This document shows, one piece after another, positions 46,333-60,570 of a stretch of DNA of 64,000 bases. The translations under genes were made by a program, and so were the position numbers. Every line of letters starts with the position of its first letter. Within the stretch, counting starts at the first letter, position 1. The notes beneath the pieces were generated by a model. That model searched no databases. It saw nothing but the letters and a program-made list of their open reading frames with translations, and was not told the DNA's origin. Source of the DNA: Eledone cirrhosa (lineage: Eukaryota); NCBI GenBank assembly GCA_964016885.1, contig OZ024749.1:3596001-3660000 (forward strand). The letters are read 5' to 3'.

Positions 46333-47489
46333 ATATATATATATATATATATATTTTGATTCCAAATATTAATAAAATAGATATTCTTGTGATCAATTAT
46401 ATTTTATTATATATATTTCAGAGGTACTGAGTTAAGTTCAACAGTACGTCCTCATCAGATAAAATAAGATGATGCATGACATACCCTGACATAGTAGATG
46501 GTTAAGATTCAGTCATGGTAGTGAATAAATTATGACGAAACACAATAGGTATACACTAATATTGAGAACATGAGATAACATAATACAAACAATAGAGAGG
46601 GTGCGTGTTATAGAGCTTAAGAAATGCATGGCATCAATATAACAGTTATAAACTTTTTTAATTTTTAAAAACTACTGCAGAAAGAGGTGGGAAAGGAAAG
46701 CATAGAGGAAGAAACAGCTGATATTTAGTAGGTGGCTTGAAAAAACGGATGAACGATGATTAAAGAGAGAGAGAGAGATAAAGGGGAGTAATTTATGTTC
46801 AAGTTTATATACACAGATTTCCATATATGCAACACATGTCCAAATTATTATAGTTGGCGGTTAATTTTCAAAATATTTAATTTAAATTATTTCAGAGTAA
46901 TGAATAATATTTGAGGTTTTAAAAGTTAATAGGTATTTGTATTAATATTATAATTATGTTCAATTTCTAAATTTCAAATTTTATGAAAACAAATTTAAAG
47001 GATTTACGAAATACAAGAAAGAAATATCAAACGCTTATAACAATATATAGTCATTTGAGTGTCTAAATTATTTATAAATGTAACTACGATTATGTTATTA
47101 CACTAGATAAAGATATTTGTACAACTATACAGAGATATTATTATATGTATTAATGAAACGGTATACATTTAATAAAACATAATAATTATAATCATTATTA
47201 GTAATGCTATAATTGTAGTTTTACCTCCAGTTTAGTGGAGAGATAGACCAATATTTGTCGGCTATTATGGTTTGGTATATTTATATCTAGATATATATAA
47301 TAAAATACATGCAAATCTAACTTTCTGAGTCCCCCAAAACATACTCAGAATGAGTAAAATATATAAAATATGCAAACGCATGAATGATCCACAGTTCAAT
47401 TATAATCAGTAAATTTACAAGTTAAATATCCAAACTATATATTTAAAACAGAGACAGATAAATAAAGATCTGAATCAAAATCATAAATA

Positions 47490-49060
47490 TCCAAAAAACC
47501 ATAAGGTATGTATATTTATCAAGTAAAAATTATCAAACGAGTGTCCTTCATTGAATGAACATTTGTGATTCGCCAATCTCGATTTAAATGTCGAAGAAGT
47601 TGCTACTATGTAGTTGTATGTGTTGTTATTTGTTTTTACGGTGCATTTATACACCTGATTTCTATCCAGACAATTATTTTTCAGAAGACAATCTGGTTTA
47701 TTTCTTCTGGTTTATTTCTACAATTACATTTCGATTTATTATTATTTATACTATTAGTAATAGCATTATGTTGATTTTGGTTTAGAATTATACTGTTTAT
47801 TTTAGCGATGTTTTGGGCCATATTCATAGTTGTAGAATAAGACAGTTTAATTGTGTGTATTTAAAAATATGGAGTGGTATTTATGTTGAATAAGGAATGA
47901 ACTATCTAAAGCTTTAAAAAATAGATTAGCTATTGGTGTTCTTACTGCTACAGAAGAAGGAGGGGGGTGACCATATAATTGATTTAGTTCTGGTTCTTTT
48001 CCCCGATTTATTCAATGTACAGGTATTTGAATTACAATTATTAGAATTTATAGAATTTCGTTTATATATGCCATTATTTTTATCAGGATTAAGACTCGGA
48101 TTATTACTGTCTATATATTCTATATTATTTTTATAACCTGCCTTTTTCAGCGCATCATTCTAATATCTTGCATTTTCATGAAATATTGATTTATTGGCAC
48201 ATATTCTATTTATGCGTTTTTGTACACTATTTACAATTGCTTTTTTCACAGATTTCGGGTGATTAGAGTAATAACTAATGTAATTTATGTTTTCATTGGG
48301 CTTATGGAAAGGGTAATAAAAACCAGAGTTTAAGTTAAGGGTAACATCAAGGAAATTAACTATTTTGGTACCACTTTCTACCTCTAGTTTAAGGTCGTAA
48401 TTTTTTAAGAATTCAATTATATTTTCCTTTACACTATTTAGTTTTATATTGTTGTGTTTAACAATCGTAAATAACATATCGTCCCTATATAAACCACCGG
48501 TAATCTCCGGCAGTTTTCTATTTAAGATGATAATCCCCAGAAGATCCGTGATTTGCGCTGAATCAGATGATCCAATGGTAATGTCGAATTTTCTATTTCT
48601 ATCTGAGCGGGTCCAATACCCATTGTTGAAGTTAATTAGAGTTCTTTTAGCAGTTCATATGATATCAATTTCCTCCGTGGTTAGATCAGTATGTTTGTAA
48701 GCGTATGATAAACCTTATTTAGTAGGTTAGTCATAATGGAAGAGTAATAGCTTGTTATGTCCATCTGCATGAATTTATGGTTTACCTTTTCATCTATATT
48801 TTTATACCATTCATTAACTTCATTTGTATCCTTCCACAAGCTCAATTTAGATCTCAATTTCATAATAGGTAGAATTCTATCAATAATATTTTTACTGATT
48901 ACTCCAATATCCGATCTGGATGGAGCAATCAGTCTAACTGGCAGGTCTTCCTCAAAATTTCTTTTGTGATCTTTAAAATTTATCCGCGGCTGTCTAGGTA
49001 TAAGAGGCTCGGTTCTGACTTCAATTCCTCATTTATATGCATCATTATTGATGTCTGTAT
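47490..49060 (-). pseudogene. PLE reverse transcriptase + GIY-YIG endonuclease, frameshifted
   Basis: FKDHK..PVRLIAP, MDITSYYSSI, FDITIGSSDSAQITDLLG, GGLYRDD (~48477-48497), VNFLDVTLNL, SNHPKSV, then NNCLDRNQVYKC..YIVAT..FKSRLANH. Confidence 0.92.
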
Positions 49061-49768
49061 TTAACAATAAATTTAACAATAAATTATTTAATAATTATAA
49101 ATATAATTATTTTATAAATTATATTATATAAATTCTTGTCAATATTATAAATAATTTTGGTACAGATTACCTTTGTGAAGATATAAAAGCATTATATATA
49201 TATTTTCTTTCTCGTGTTTCGTAAATCCTTTAAATGTGTTTTCATAAAATTTGAAATTTAGAAATTAAACATAATTATAATATTAATACAAATACCTATT
49301 AACTTTTAAAACCTCAAATATTATTCATTACTCTGAAATAACTTAAATTAAATATTTTGAAAATTAACCGCCAACTATATTAATTTGGACATGTGTTGCA
49401 TATATGGAAATCTGTGTATATAAACTTGAACATAAATTACTCCCCTTCGTCTCTCTCACTCTCTATTTAATCATCTTTCATCTGTTTTTTCAAGCTACCT
49501 ACTAAATATATTATCACATCAGCTGTTTCTTCCTCTATGATTTCATTTCCCTCTTTCTCCAGTAGCCTTAAAAATAAAAATGTTTATAACTATTATATTG
49601 ATGTCATGTATTTCTTAAGCTCTATAACACGCACCCTCTCTATTTTTTGTATTATGTTATCTCATGTTCTCAAAATCAGGGTATAAATATTGAGTTTTAT
49701 CATAAGTTAATCACTACCATGACTGAATCTTAACCATCTACTATGTCATGGTATGTCATGCATCATCT

Positions 49769-49835
49769 TATTTTATCTGATGAGGACGTACTGTTGAACT
49801 TAACTCAGTACCTCTGAAATATGTATAATGAAATA
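49769..49835 (+). ncRNA. Type I hammerhead ribozyme
   Basis: tattttat-CTGATGA(49777)-ggacgtactg..cagtacctct-GAAA(49816)-t atgt a-TA-atgaaata. Confidence 0.85.
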
Positions 49836-50501
49836 TAATTGATCACAAGAATATCTATTTTGTTAATATTTTGAATTAATATTAATAACTCTGGAAAACC
49901 CCTTATTGTTGAGTGCTTCCAATCTATTGTAAAACTCATTATTTGATGTATTCATTGAACCTTGTTTAACTTTTAAATATATATATATATATGAATAATA
50001 TAGATGAAGTGTCAAATTTTCCATACTTCTATTGAGGTGTGAAGCACGTTTCCCAACTGAACAGCTCAGGGTTCGATCTGTGTCGATCCGTTCCGACTCT
50101 GGAATCAAATGCTCATCAAAAACCTGTTAGCGTAATGACGGAATGATTCTCATACATCGTTAAGAAAATATAGATCAGTTCGTCTCCATTTATGGTAGTC
50201 ACTTTTACTTCGGTTTCATTGGTTGTTTTCTGAGAAAAAGATGTGAGGTAATGGGATAGGGGAAATGAAGAATTAGAAGGAAGAAAGGGATTGCGAAGAT
50301 GAAAGAATGATGGTGGGTACCTCGATCGGTAGAGGTGGAGATGGGGTAATGCGCTGAACGTCTATTAGTGGACAGAATCGCGCATATATGGTGATATTAG
50401 GGTGTTGGTGTAAGATTTAAAAGAACCGGCACTCTATTTATCGCCAGAGAAACCATTGTAGGATTTAAAGATCGAATTTAAGTGACACTTCATTTTATTC
50501 G

Positions 50502-50564
<63 letters not shown>

Positions 50565-51209
50565 ATATTTGTACACCCCCGCCCCCACACATATATATAT
50601 AATGTAAATGCTAATCAAAGAATGTTTAATTTTTCAAGCATTTAATAACTAACGATCGTTTCATCCTAACACACGGTAGCATGATTGGACTTATTACACA
50701 AATTAAACACTAACAGAAGATCACACCTCCGTTACAAGGACATTTGAAGGACACATACAATGAGAGGTTAGATAAGTGCAAACATTAATATTTACATAAG
50801 GTAACTGAAGTTTAGAAGACATGAAAAATAGGAGCAAATAAAATGCAATAAAATAATGTAAAATAAAGTAATATGAATACATGTGGTTACAGATCAATGA
50901 AGAACAGTAAAAATCATATATCATATATAGTTGCGAACAAAATTGATGCCAAGAAAGTTAGTAATAGGAGACAGAGGAACACATAGATTTCAAAAAAATG
51001 AGAGACGGGGAAAGAGCGGGGCGGAGAAAGAGAGAGTTTAACGAGCGAAGGGAAAGAGAGCGGTGAGGAAGAGGGGGGGGGGGGGTAACTTCGCTTTTCT
51101 TCATTCAGCGTTTGATAGAAATATAATTACCATCCATGTACTGACGTCAATATTGTCAGCTAACTTATCTCTATTAGCAGCTTTTGACATGAAACAGAAT
51201 AAAGATGTA

Positions 51210-51893
51210 TCTATATATCTAAAACAGCGAATGTATGTCTGTCTGACTCCCTAATACTCGAAAACTACCCAACCGATTTTTTCAAACTTCAAAATGTCCT
51301 GTGGTCCTGTGGGTGTTTTGAACAAAACATTTCAAATTGCCAATGCCCTAGGGACCGCATTAGGACATTTAGCGATCTCGCTCTATAATTCTTAGTCTTT
51401 CTTTTTAGATAGATACACAGATATAACGCTGGGCCCTTATACTATCTGTCTGTATTTCTGGCTGTCTGCATTACGATATCATGACGCTATATGTGTGTGT
51501 ATGTGTGTATATATATATAGTGTATATGGTATGTGTATATATATAGTGTGTAACGTTTTTCGAAATATTTACTTCTGCGTTCACAGATTGATTTTTTTTT
51601 GTTTCAGAATATCCCGTTTAGGGTGAAAGCCTTATATATAAGTGTGCATATATTTTTGCATACACAATCACAAAACATAAACAAAAGTATTTATTTCGCG
51701 ATAAAGTATTGATTTTCTTCGCACGGAAAAAATACCCTAGTAATCTACAAAGATTTTTTTTTATAAGCACAAAATGTAGACACCATCCCGAGAGGCCGAG
51801 GTATTCCGTACTTCTCTGTACTGTTTCAAAAAGGAGGGATAAACATGCCAATCTATGTTTAGAACCCCGAGCAAAGCCGGGCCATTCCGCTAA
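51210..51893 (+). mobile_element. Non-autonomous Helitron
   Basis: 5' A|TCtatatatctaaaac start. Subterminal hairpin cccgagcaaagccggg followed by CTAA|T (CTRR). No TSD. Confidence 0.7.
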
Positions 51894-51934
51894 TATATTA
51901 TAAATGAGGTTTGCTTTGTTCAGCTTAAATTTGG

Positions 51935-52245
51935 TGACTTGTAGTTGTCAGCGAGTTAACTCTCGAACTTGTGGTTGGCTTAGTTGTCAGCGGGTTAACT
52001 CTCGAACATGTGGCTGGCTTAGTTGTCAGCGGGTTAACTCTCGAACACGTGGCTGGCTTAGTTGTCAGCGTGTTAACTCTCTAACATGTGGCTGGCTTAG
52101 TTGTCTGGGTGTTTAATAGTCGAACACATGGCTGGCTTAGTTGTCAGGGTGTTAACTATAGAACATGTGGCTGGCTTAGTTGTCAGAGGGTTAACTCTCG
52201 AACATGTAGCTGTCTTCGTTGGGATAACTCTCGAACATATGGCTG
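51935..52245. repeat. 39-bp minisatellite, about 8 units
   Basis: Unit gtggctggcttagttgtcagcgggttaactctcgaacat. Confidence 0.9.
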
Positions 52246-52399
52246 AGAGTTTGATTCGGAGAAGACTTTTATTTAAAGTTGATTGAATTCACTCATCTGC
52301 ATAACATTATTTATACCTGTATTTCAAAAGGCTAAACCTGTCAGATATCTTACTGAACAGCATATTTGTGCACGTAACTCAGTTACGGCCCTTGCCAAT

Positions 52400-52512
52400 C
52401 TGAGGTCAAATCCCGCCGAGGTTAACTTTACTTTTCATCCTTACGATAAAATAAAGTACCAGTAATGCACAGGGTATTTGCTGGCCCTGGGCCAAAAGTA
52501 GAAACAATTATT
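52400..52512 (+). mobile_element. tRNA-derived SINE fragment
   Basis: aaatcccgccgaggttaac...ataaaataaagtaccagtaatgcac...gtagaaacaattat. Confidence 0.8.
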
Positions 52513-53649
52513 TGTGCACGAATCCAGGGCATTCTCAGATATCTTCCTAATCAATTCAGGGTTATTTCATTAATGGAACAACTCGGAAAACCCTCGTCGG
52601 GCCAGACGGATATCAAACAATCTGTATATACATACGTATCTATATATATGTATGTATATATGAATCTATGTATCAACATGTGTGTATATATGTATAGAAC
52701 GCATAATTATAATTCGGATCCTATAGAGGCTCAGCAATTAGCATTCATATATGCATATTCATATATGCGTGCAGGTATGTATGTTTATATATGCAATGTA
52801 GTATGTATGTACATATGTATGCATATATTTATTATGTATGTATGTGTGTATTCATGTGAGTATGTGTTATGTGTATATATTTGTACGTAATTTATATGTA
52901 TAAATGTATGTATTCATGTGCTTGTATCAATGTATGCAAGTATGATGCATATATCTATGTATGGATGTGTGCGTATTGTGAATTTTGCGTTTGTTTTATG
53001 TATATGGTTTTCTTCATGAATTCTTATGAAGTTTGATCGAAGTTTTCATGTATGGATGGATAGTGCTTTATAAAGTTTCATAAATAGAATCTATGATGGC
53101 TTCGTGAATATATTAGCTTTCTGTAGTTATAATATTGACGCAGAATTAATTAATAATCTAGAATATATTGAATCTGACAGAATAGTTACCAATTTCCCTT
53201 TGAATTATCAATCTAATAAAATACCGACTTTAATACCTATTCTTTTGGGGTGGCGGGGGTTTAATCGCAGGATTGTTAGAACATCGAATTAGCCATGGTG
53301 TAGTGGCACCATATAGAGAGTATGTAAATATAATACCTACCTACATCACCTTATATCCACCGGGGCTGATTTTCCGTTTCATCCTTCGGGGATGATAAAA
53401 TAAATATGAGACTTGCACTGAAATCGATTTAATACGTGAAAACTTCCCAGGTTTCCGCCAACGTTAGTAATGCGTATTACTATCGGTATGAGGACTTTGA
53501 ACTGCCAGCATTAAAAGAAGAGCATAGAAATATATTTTACAACACTCACTCATATCTCCTATTCTCAATTCCCATCCGCAAATATCAGACAGATACACAG
53601 ATCCTCTCATTTTATGTATCAATATACCATGATTTATCCTGATATTTTG

Positions 53650-53800
53650 GTGAAGGCCTGTAGCCTAGTAATTAGGTTTTTGATCATATTACCGTGAGTT
53701 CGATTCTTTTATAGGAAGGATGCTTATGTTTTTGAATAAAACAATTCATGTCATATTGCTACAGTATACACATCCCAAAATGAGCACTAGCAATAGGTGC
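53650..53800 (+). mobile_element. Second tRNA-derived SINE family, degenerate
   Basis: A-box-like tagcctagtaatta and B-box-like gagttcgattc. Similar minus-strand relics near 44870-44950 and 45695-45770. Confidence 0.55.
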
Positions 53801-54189
53801 AGATTTAACCTTGCAAAGGACAGATGTCCTGGTCAGCGGGGCGTGCCACGTACTCAGTCATTTAACGCCAACAAATCGGCATGATCACCGACCTAATGAA
53901 ATTCCATATTGAAACAGGCTTTAGACTATGATATTTTGCGCACAATAGCTGTAGTTCTAACGTATTGAAAGCTAGTATCTGGCCATCATGCTGAGTAATC
54001 CTATATCACAAATGTAATTAATTTATGGAAGAGATCTCACACAATTTCCTGATTGTTCTAGGAGAACCTGCTGTCTCCATTTGATCAACACGAATCCTAA
54101 GTGTGGGAAGCTGAGCCATGGATGTTATGATGTTATGAGCATGAGGAAAGGAAAATAAACCATCAACGTTCATACGATAATGTGAAGTA

Positions 54190-56650
54190 GTATAATGCAG
54201 CTTATTAAATGCAGTGTCAAGAAATTCCAGTCCTGGAACAGCGACGGACCAAAGGGGTATGGGCTGCCCAAAGAGGACAAGACAAATAGTAACCCAGTCA
54301 CAGAACCACCAACACGGCCAGGCTTTTGCGCTAACGTTGCTAGCAACTGCATACTCTCCTACTTCCTCTTCCTGATCATACGCCCTATAATTGAGATGAC
54401 TCCAAATATATGCGACAGCACGGAGGATCTCCTCAGCAGAATCAGCGAATGCAACCTATCTAGGGACCTAATAGACTGTACAAAATGTTGCATGGATCTA
54501 GTGTCCCTATACCCATCCATCGACGTTGATTTTGTTGGGGGAAAATGCGTAGAAATGATTAGCGAGAGCGATGTGGAATTCCATGGGATTGATACAAGTG
54601 AGCTGGGACTTCTCCTTAAATTCACATACAATAAGGATTATTTTAACACACATTACGCCTGCAGCCTCTGCCCCACAAGACCAGAAAGAGGCAGACCACC
54701 TAACATTATCTCAATGGCCAAGAAGCCCCACACCGTAAGATTGAGCGGGTTGACAGGAGCCATACAGACCCCGGAAAACCATGATGAAATAAAGACAATG
54801 ATCACACATGTCATGGGGACCAGTATAAAACTAACCGTTAAAGAACATGTTCAAGTTTAATGGCAAAACATATGCCCTATAGGAGGGGACAGCCATTGGC
54901 GTTAGCGTTGCAGGTGACATAGCTAACCTCTTTATGGAAATGGCTGGACAGAAGACTGAAGAAACAATGAGACAACAATTGTATAACCAACACTGACTAT
55001 GTACTCCCGATACGTAGATGACATAGATATCGTAGTAAAACGACCCAACTGGAGAAGAATACCATGGAAAGCATCCATCAAATAGCTAACACAATCCACC
55101 AGAGTATTAAAGTTACCATAGACTACCCAAATAACCACCCCAACCATAGATTACCCGTAATAGACAGAGGGCTCTGGTTGGAAACTATTAGTAATAGAAC
55201 GCAACCCCTCCATGCATAGTATGCCAAACCCATGACCTTCAGGTACCTGATCACCGAAATTCAGCTGTTTCAGATCACATAAAAATCAACATACCGATTG
55301 CGGATTTAGTAAGCGTGATGAGGAACGCGTCCCGCATGTGCAACCCTAAATAATTAGAGAGACACAAATGACACTTTATCCCTGGTTAGAGAGACAAGAT
55401 CAGGGTATATAAAGGAACCAGTTCTAAATGGGCAAATATTGTAGAAAATGATACAAATAGGCCTTGCCCCATGTATAGGAACACATTCTGGAACAGGATG
55501 GAACGGTTTAGGAATAAGGAAAATAAAATAAACTGATGGTATGATAGTAATAAATAACAGAATGTAATGTTCCTCACTACAACCCCTACATGCGAACTAG
55601 CTTATAGATTTAGAAGGGCCCTAGACAAGCTAAAATTGAATATTAAGATAGCTGAAAGACCAGGTAATTCCTTCAAAAACACTAATTAGTGAAATATAGC
55701 CAATTCAAACAACCCCCTGCATTGATATGAAATGCATAGTCTGCAAATTAAACACGCAAACTAACTGCAAAACTAGGAATGTAGTATATAGCATAAGATG
55801 TACTGAGGGACAGTGTAGGCATAAGAACATAACATACATAGGTGAAACAGCCCGTAGCAAAGGAGAAAGGATAAGCGAACACTGGCGAGAACTCCAAGAT
55901 GGAAAAAGCTCATCAGTACTCTACCAACATGCCAAAATAGAAAATAGGGGCAAATTAGAGAACATAGAGATAAACATTATATCCACACACAGAAAAGACG
56001 CAATGCTCAGACAAATCACAAAGGCAACAAATATAAACGAACTCCAACCAAAATTAAACAGAAAACATGAGTTGAATAGCAACATCACAACTTGTAATTA
56101 ATTATTTCTACTTTTTGGCACAAGGACAGCAATTACCCAGAGCATTAATGCTACTTTATTTTATCGACCCCGTAAGGATGAGAGGCAAAGTTAACCTCTG
56201 TGAGATTTGAACTCAGAATGGCAAGCGCCATAACTCTATGCGTCAAAGCATAGCGTCTGACCCTCTACCGATACTGCCAATCTACCACCATTAGTAATTA
56301 AGGACAAGATGAAGACATACAAACTCACAAAAACCAAACTAACAAAACAAATCAGACATACAGATAGAACAAACAACCAACTAGTGATAGTAAATAAATA
56401 CATAAATAAATAAACACACACACACACACACACACACTGATGTAACGCATGCGCAATCTAACACACAACAACAAGAAGGTGTAGGAGAGAACAAAGGAGG
56501 GACACAAAACAAAAACTCTGTCACTAAGTAGATCACTGAATGTGTGATGAAAGGGCTTTGGCAATATATAAACACTCTTCCGGCTATCGTACCAACTAGC
56601 ATGTGTTTCTATTGGCAGCACGACTCTCCCAAAGTATAATAATATTAATA
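54190..56650 (+). mobile_element. Penelope-like retroelement (family D, a different PLE clade), decayed RT + GIY-YIG + 3' pLTR
   Basis: YGLPKEDK..PPTRP, MDLVSLYPSID, FKFNGKTY, GTAIGVSVAGDIANLFM, YSRYVDD (~55000-55022), CIVC..CKTRNVVYSIRC..YIGETARS..ERISEH. The 3' end 56515-56646 matches the 13.4-kb hairpin. Confidence 0.9.
56102..56293 (-). mobile_element. Full-length tRNA-derived SINE inserted at the end of the PLE ORF
   Basis: Reverse-complement SINE core. Flanking repeat gtaattaa at 56094 and 56294. Confidence 0.85.
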
Positions 56651-56947
56651 TATGCATACACACGGACACACACACACACACAAATATATATATATATATA
56701 TATATTGAAAGTTCCTGCGCCATGACCTGGGAGACAAAATCCGAGTAGTAATCGATGCATGGAGAGCAGCAGAGTGGCGTCCCTTCAATCTATTTTATTT
56801 CTCATTCTTTCTTCGGATGAAAGACTAGCGTTCGAAACGTTAAGACACTCTTCCTGCTATATCAAGCGTTAACCTAACATATACCTTCCCAAAACTGTAC
56901 CGATTGTGTTGTTATTTCTGTTTACCTTATATATATATATATATATA

Positions 56948-56993
<46 letters not shown>

Positions 56994-59212
56994 TGTTTGT
57001 GTGTCTGTGTGTCTGTGTGTAGGTATATAAGGCCCTACTCACTGTGTTCGTTATTTAGGACCTACTTTAATACTTCCAGCTGCCCAAAAGTATAATTCCT
57101 ATTAACCCTTCTAACCATAATAATTTTCTACCTTAGTATCGAATCCATACAAAGTACCTATAATTATTATTTGAGCAGAAACCCTTCGAGGAAATCCAGA
57201 GTTAGGTGTGCTGCAAAATCTTAATCAGAATTATTTGAACTTAGAACACAACTAATTAATACGTCCTATTATTTTATTCACTTATTTTCATTCTGTTATA
57301 ATTTAATTTAAATAATGTTTTGTTCCATACACAGATTTTGAAATCATATTAGGATGTGAAGTATGTTATCGGGTATCGGAAGATGGCAAATTATATCAAT
57401 AGTCATGAATGAAGAAGAAATACCTCTTTAGAGCGTAAAAAGACGTAAATAACTCTTGCACGGCATTTCCTTTTACATTAACTATTAATTCTGCCACCGT
57501 CTACTACATTTCTGCTTGAAATGACTTGTATAATGCCTTATAAAAGCAACAATTAAATTTTACACTTTTCTATTTTCCAGAAATCTTATTTGAGGAAGTC
57601 GTCTGCTTTTGTTAAAGGTTTATGATTGTGTTTTGTGTGCAGATTGCAGGTTATTTACAGATCTTCTGACATTGATATGCTACCACAGGAGAAGTACAAC
57701 ATGGTATAAGAGAGATACAGGATTCAAATATATATGAACAAATTATCGCTAATTGAATATTTTGAAGTAGAGCGTTACAATGGTAGTAATTCCAACTTTC
57801 AAACTTTACATTTCGAATACGAAACAATGAAATGAGTTCTGCAGCAAATAACAAAAAGTAAAAACCTGTTTCTATTTGAATGAGACTATTGAAACAACTG
57901 TAGAGAGTAAAACACCCAAACAAACTGAAACCGCATCGTAAACACAAAATGTATTGTCTATTAATGCACATCATAAAATTGAATAGATGAAAAAAAAAAA
58001 ATTTATTGCAAACCAATAACACAGAAGAAATCGAGAAACAGGTAAAAATCAAATAAAAGTAAACGAGCCCTGACAATAGTTTTTAATATCAAGAATAATG
58101 CACCAGTGTTTCTAGAATGAAAAATTGTGAGATGGTTTATTACGATAGAACGAAACAGTAAAATAATGTAAAATGGAGAAATTTCTTTAAAAAGACGAAA
58201 AAAAAATACATGTTGAGAAATTAATTTTATGGAAACATTTCCTGCAGCTGAATGTTTAATGCAATAGCTAAAGTGTCCGATTGTTATTAATTTTAATGTT
58301 TTTAGAGTGACCATGTCGACAGTGTATTAATTTAATAATTAGCAGAAAATCTCTGTTCTCAATAGTTCCAGTAATGTTATTCTTTCTTTCGGTTACATTG
58401 TGATTACGTCAGAAAATACGTTTTATAATATACTGTCGTACAATAGTTTACTGACAATCTATTTACACAAACTCAAGTATCTCTGTCTCTATATGTGTAT
58501 GTCTGTATGTCTGTATGACGTCCTATATGTGTGTATATCTGCCTGTATGTATGTTCGTATGTCTCATCTGTAAATATGTATGCGAAAAGAAAACGAAAGA
58601 AAAAAAAGCGAACAATAGAGTACAATGAAGATTTAGATTAGTGTAACGCTCAATATAGTAGGAAAAGTGACTTGGCGTTTTCAATATTAGTCCTTCATCG
58701 GAAGAGAAATAAAAGAAGAAATAGTCAGATAGAGGAGAGTGAGAGGAAAAATGAAGTTAAAACAGTCTGTAGAAAACTAACGTGTTTACACAACAGCCAT
58801 ATTTATATTCATGATTTATTATAGAAAACAGGAATGTCTTATGTGCTTGATATCATCAGAAATTTCCTGGTGCTCTCAAACAAATGAAACAGTTCTAATC
58901 TTGTAGAAGTAATTTCAGAAAATATTCATATGGATTTATCATTTAATGCAGGCAGTATTATATTTAGTTGCAATCGCTTTCTTTTCACCATGACAGAAAC
59001 ATTCTTATTACACACACACACTCAAAAATACATACGCTCGCACATATACCCACTATCACACAAATACACACGCACGCACACACTCACACACACGCACGCA
59101 AACACACACGCGCGCACACACACATATATATATATATGTTTGTGTGTGGGTATGTGTGTGTCTGTGTGTATGCGTGTATGTTTGTTGTAAAATGTATGTA
59201 TCTAATATACGC

Positions 59213-59508
59213 TATATTTATGAATAAACATTTGAAAGCCATTAGCTATGAATTTTAAAGTTGATGATATGTGTCACCATCTACCGATTTCCAGCAGAAA
59301 CAAGGAAGAAATCATCGACAGCTGTGTTGGGCTTGTGTAGTGTTTGTCGACATGACGAAACCCTTCCATCACGTTGGCAACAGCCACACAACCCAGAAAG
59401 TGCAGTCGGTGACTTCCTCCGTGCTTCTGTGGGAAATCAGTAGATGGCACCAGCTATAACCTTTAACATTAATAGCTAAATGCTTTCAAATATTTGTTCG
59501 TAAATATA
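59213..59508. mobile_element. Diverged fold-back element
   Basis: About 140-bp imperfect arms around a ~12-nt spacer. A related single arm lies at ~59705-59800. Confidence 0.75.
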
Positions 59509-59804
59509 CTGTGTATAACTTGATATACAAAATACACATACTTATATGTATACAGCTATGTCGGAGAGAAACATTTAATTATAGTTGAAGATTGATTGCA
59601 CCAACAACTCCGTATGCAAATGAGCCAAATCAGCTAATATACATATGCATCAACAAAATATATTTTCGCCTATATTTGTATTTATTGTTCGATAACGGTC
59701 ACCTAGCAGTTTCCCTCTCATGTTTCTGCTGGGATTTGATAGATGGTGCTTACATCAGCTTCCAACATTCATAGCGAAAGGCTTTCCAATATTTATTCGT
59801 ATTA

Positions 59805-59945
59805 TTTCTGATCTAGCTGTCGAAAAGGCGGAAGCTCAGCCGTCGGGGACCCGGCTCTTTTCACTATTACCCACTCTACTACCCTAAGTATCGAGTACGC
59901 TGGTGCGTTATGGAATACCTGGTTTCTTACCAAAATTTCTCTGTC
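59805..59945. mobile_element. Inverted copy of the 646-840 family
   Basis: ctattacccactctactaccctaagtatcgagtacgctggtgcgtt. Confidence 0.7.
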
Positions 59946-59953
59946 ATATGATA

Positions 59954-59996
<43 letters not shown>

Positions 59997-60043
59997 ATAT
60001 ATATATATAAATAGAAAGAGAGAGAGAGATATATAGAGAGAGG

Positions 60044-60076
<33 letters not shown>

Positions 60077-60084
60077 GTGGAGAA

Positions 60085-60184
<100 letters not shown>

Positions 60185-60247
60185 AGAGAGAGGGGGAAGA
60201 ACGATAGAGAGAGATATATAGAGAGAGAGGGAGAGAGAGAAAGAGAG

Positions 60248-60280
<33 letters not shown>

Positions 60281-60281
60281 C

Positions 60282-60545
60282 GTAGAACACTGGTAGTTAA
60301 TATCCGTAGTGGTAGATCACTCAGTCCATGGGAGAAATGTGGTAGAAGTGGTTAGACTACAGTTGGTTCACCATGCCGAAAACAATTGTTTCACCTTATG
60401 CGGATCTTCAGGTCGGACTCGATCCGCATAAGGTGAAACAATTCTTCTCAGTATGGTGAACTAACTGTTGTGTTACTGATTCTACCAAACCAGTCCCATG
60501 GACTGAGTGTTCTGCCACTACAGATCTTCCCTTCCAGTGTTCTAC
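60282..60545. mobile_element. Fold-back pLTR element related to the 21812-22915 PLE
   Basis: Termini gtagaacactgg / ccagtgttctac. Minus-strand hammerhead at 60376-60416: ccgac-CTGAAGA-tccgcataaggt-GAAA-CAATTG-TT-ttcgg. Confidence 0.85.
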
Positions 60546-60570
60546 CTTTATTATATATATATATATATAT

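Larger units (their letters stand above)
46363..49975 (-). mobile_element. Penelope-like retroelement with ~670-bp inverted terminal arms
   Basis: Arms ~46363-47027 and ~49200-49872 (plus tail to ~49975). Hammerheads at 46400-46466 (-) and 49769-49835 (+). Confidence 0.9.

Noticed and set aside
51935-52245. CRISPR-like periodic repeat
   Set aside because: No unique spacers, eukaryotic context and no cas genes; it is a minisatellite.
56805-56850. Further isolated hammerhead-like cores (56815, 58675-58700, 50040-50120, 50650-50700, 58865-58910)
   Set aside because: Core or stems too degraded to list as ribozymes; probably old pLTR debris.
57650-58314. Hydrophobic minus-strand ORFs resembling a membrane protein
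   Set aside because: No recognisable motif or splice structure; AT-rich composition explains the F/L/I bias.
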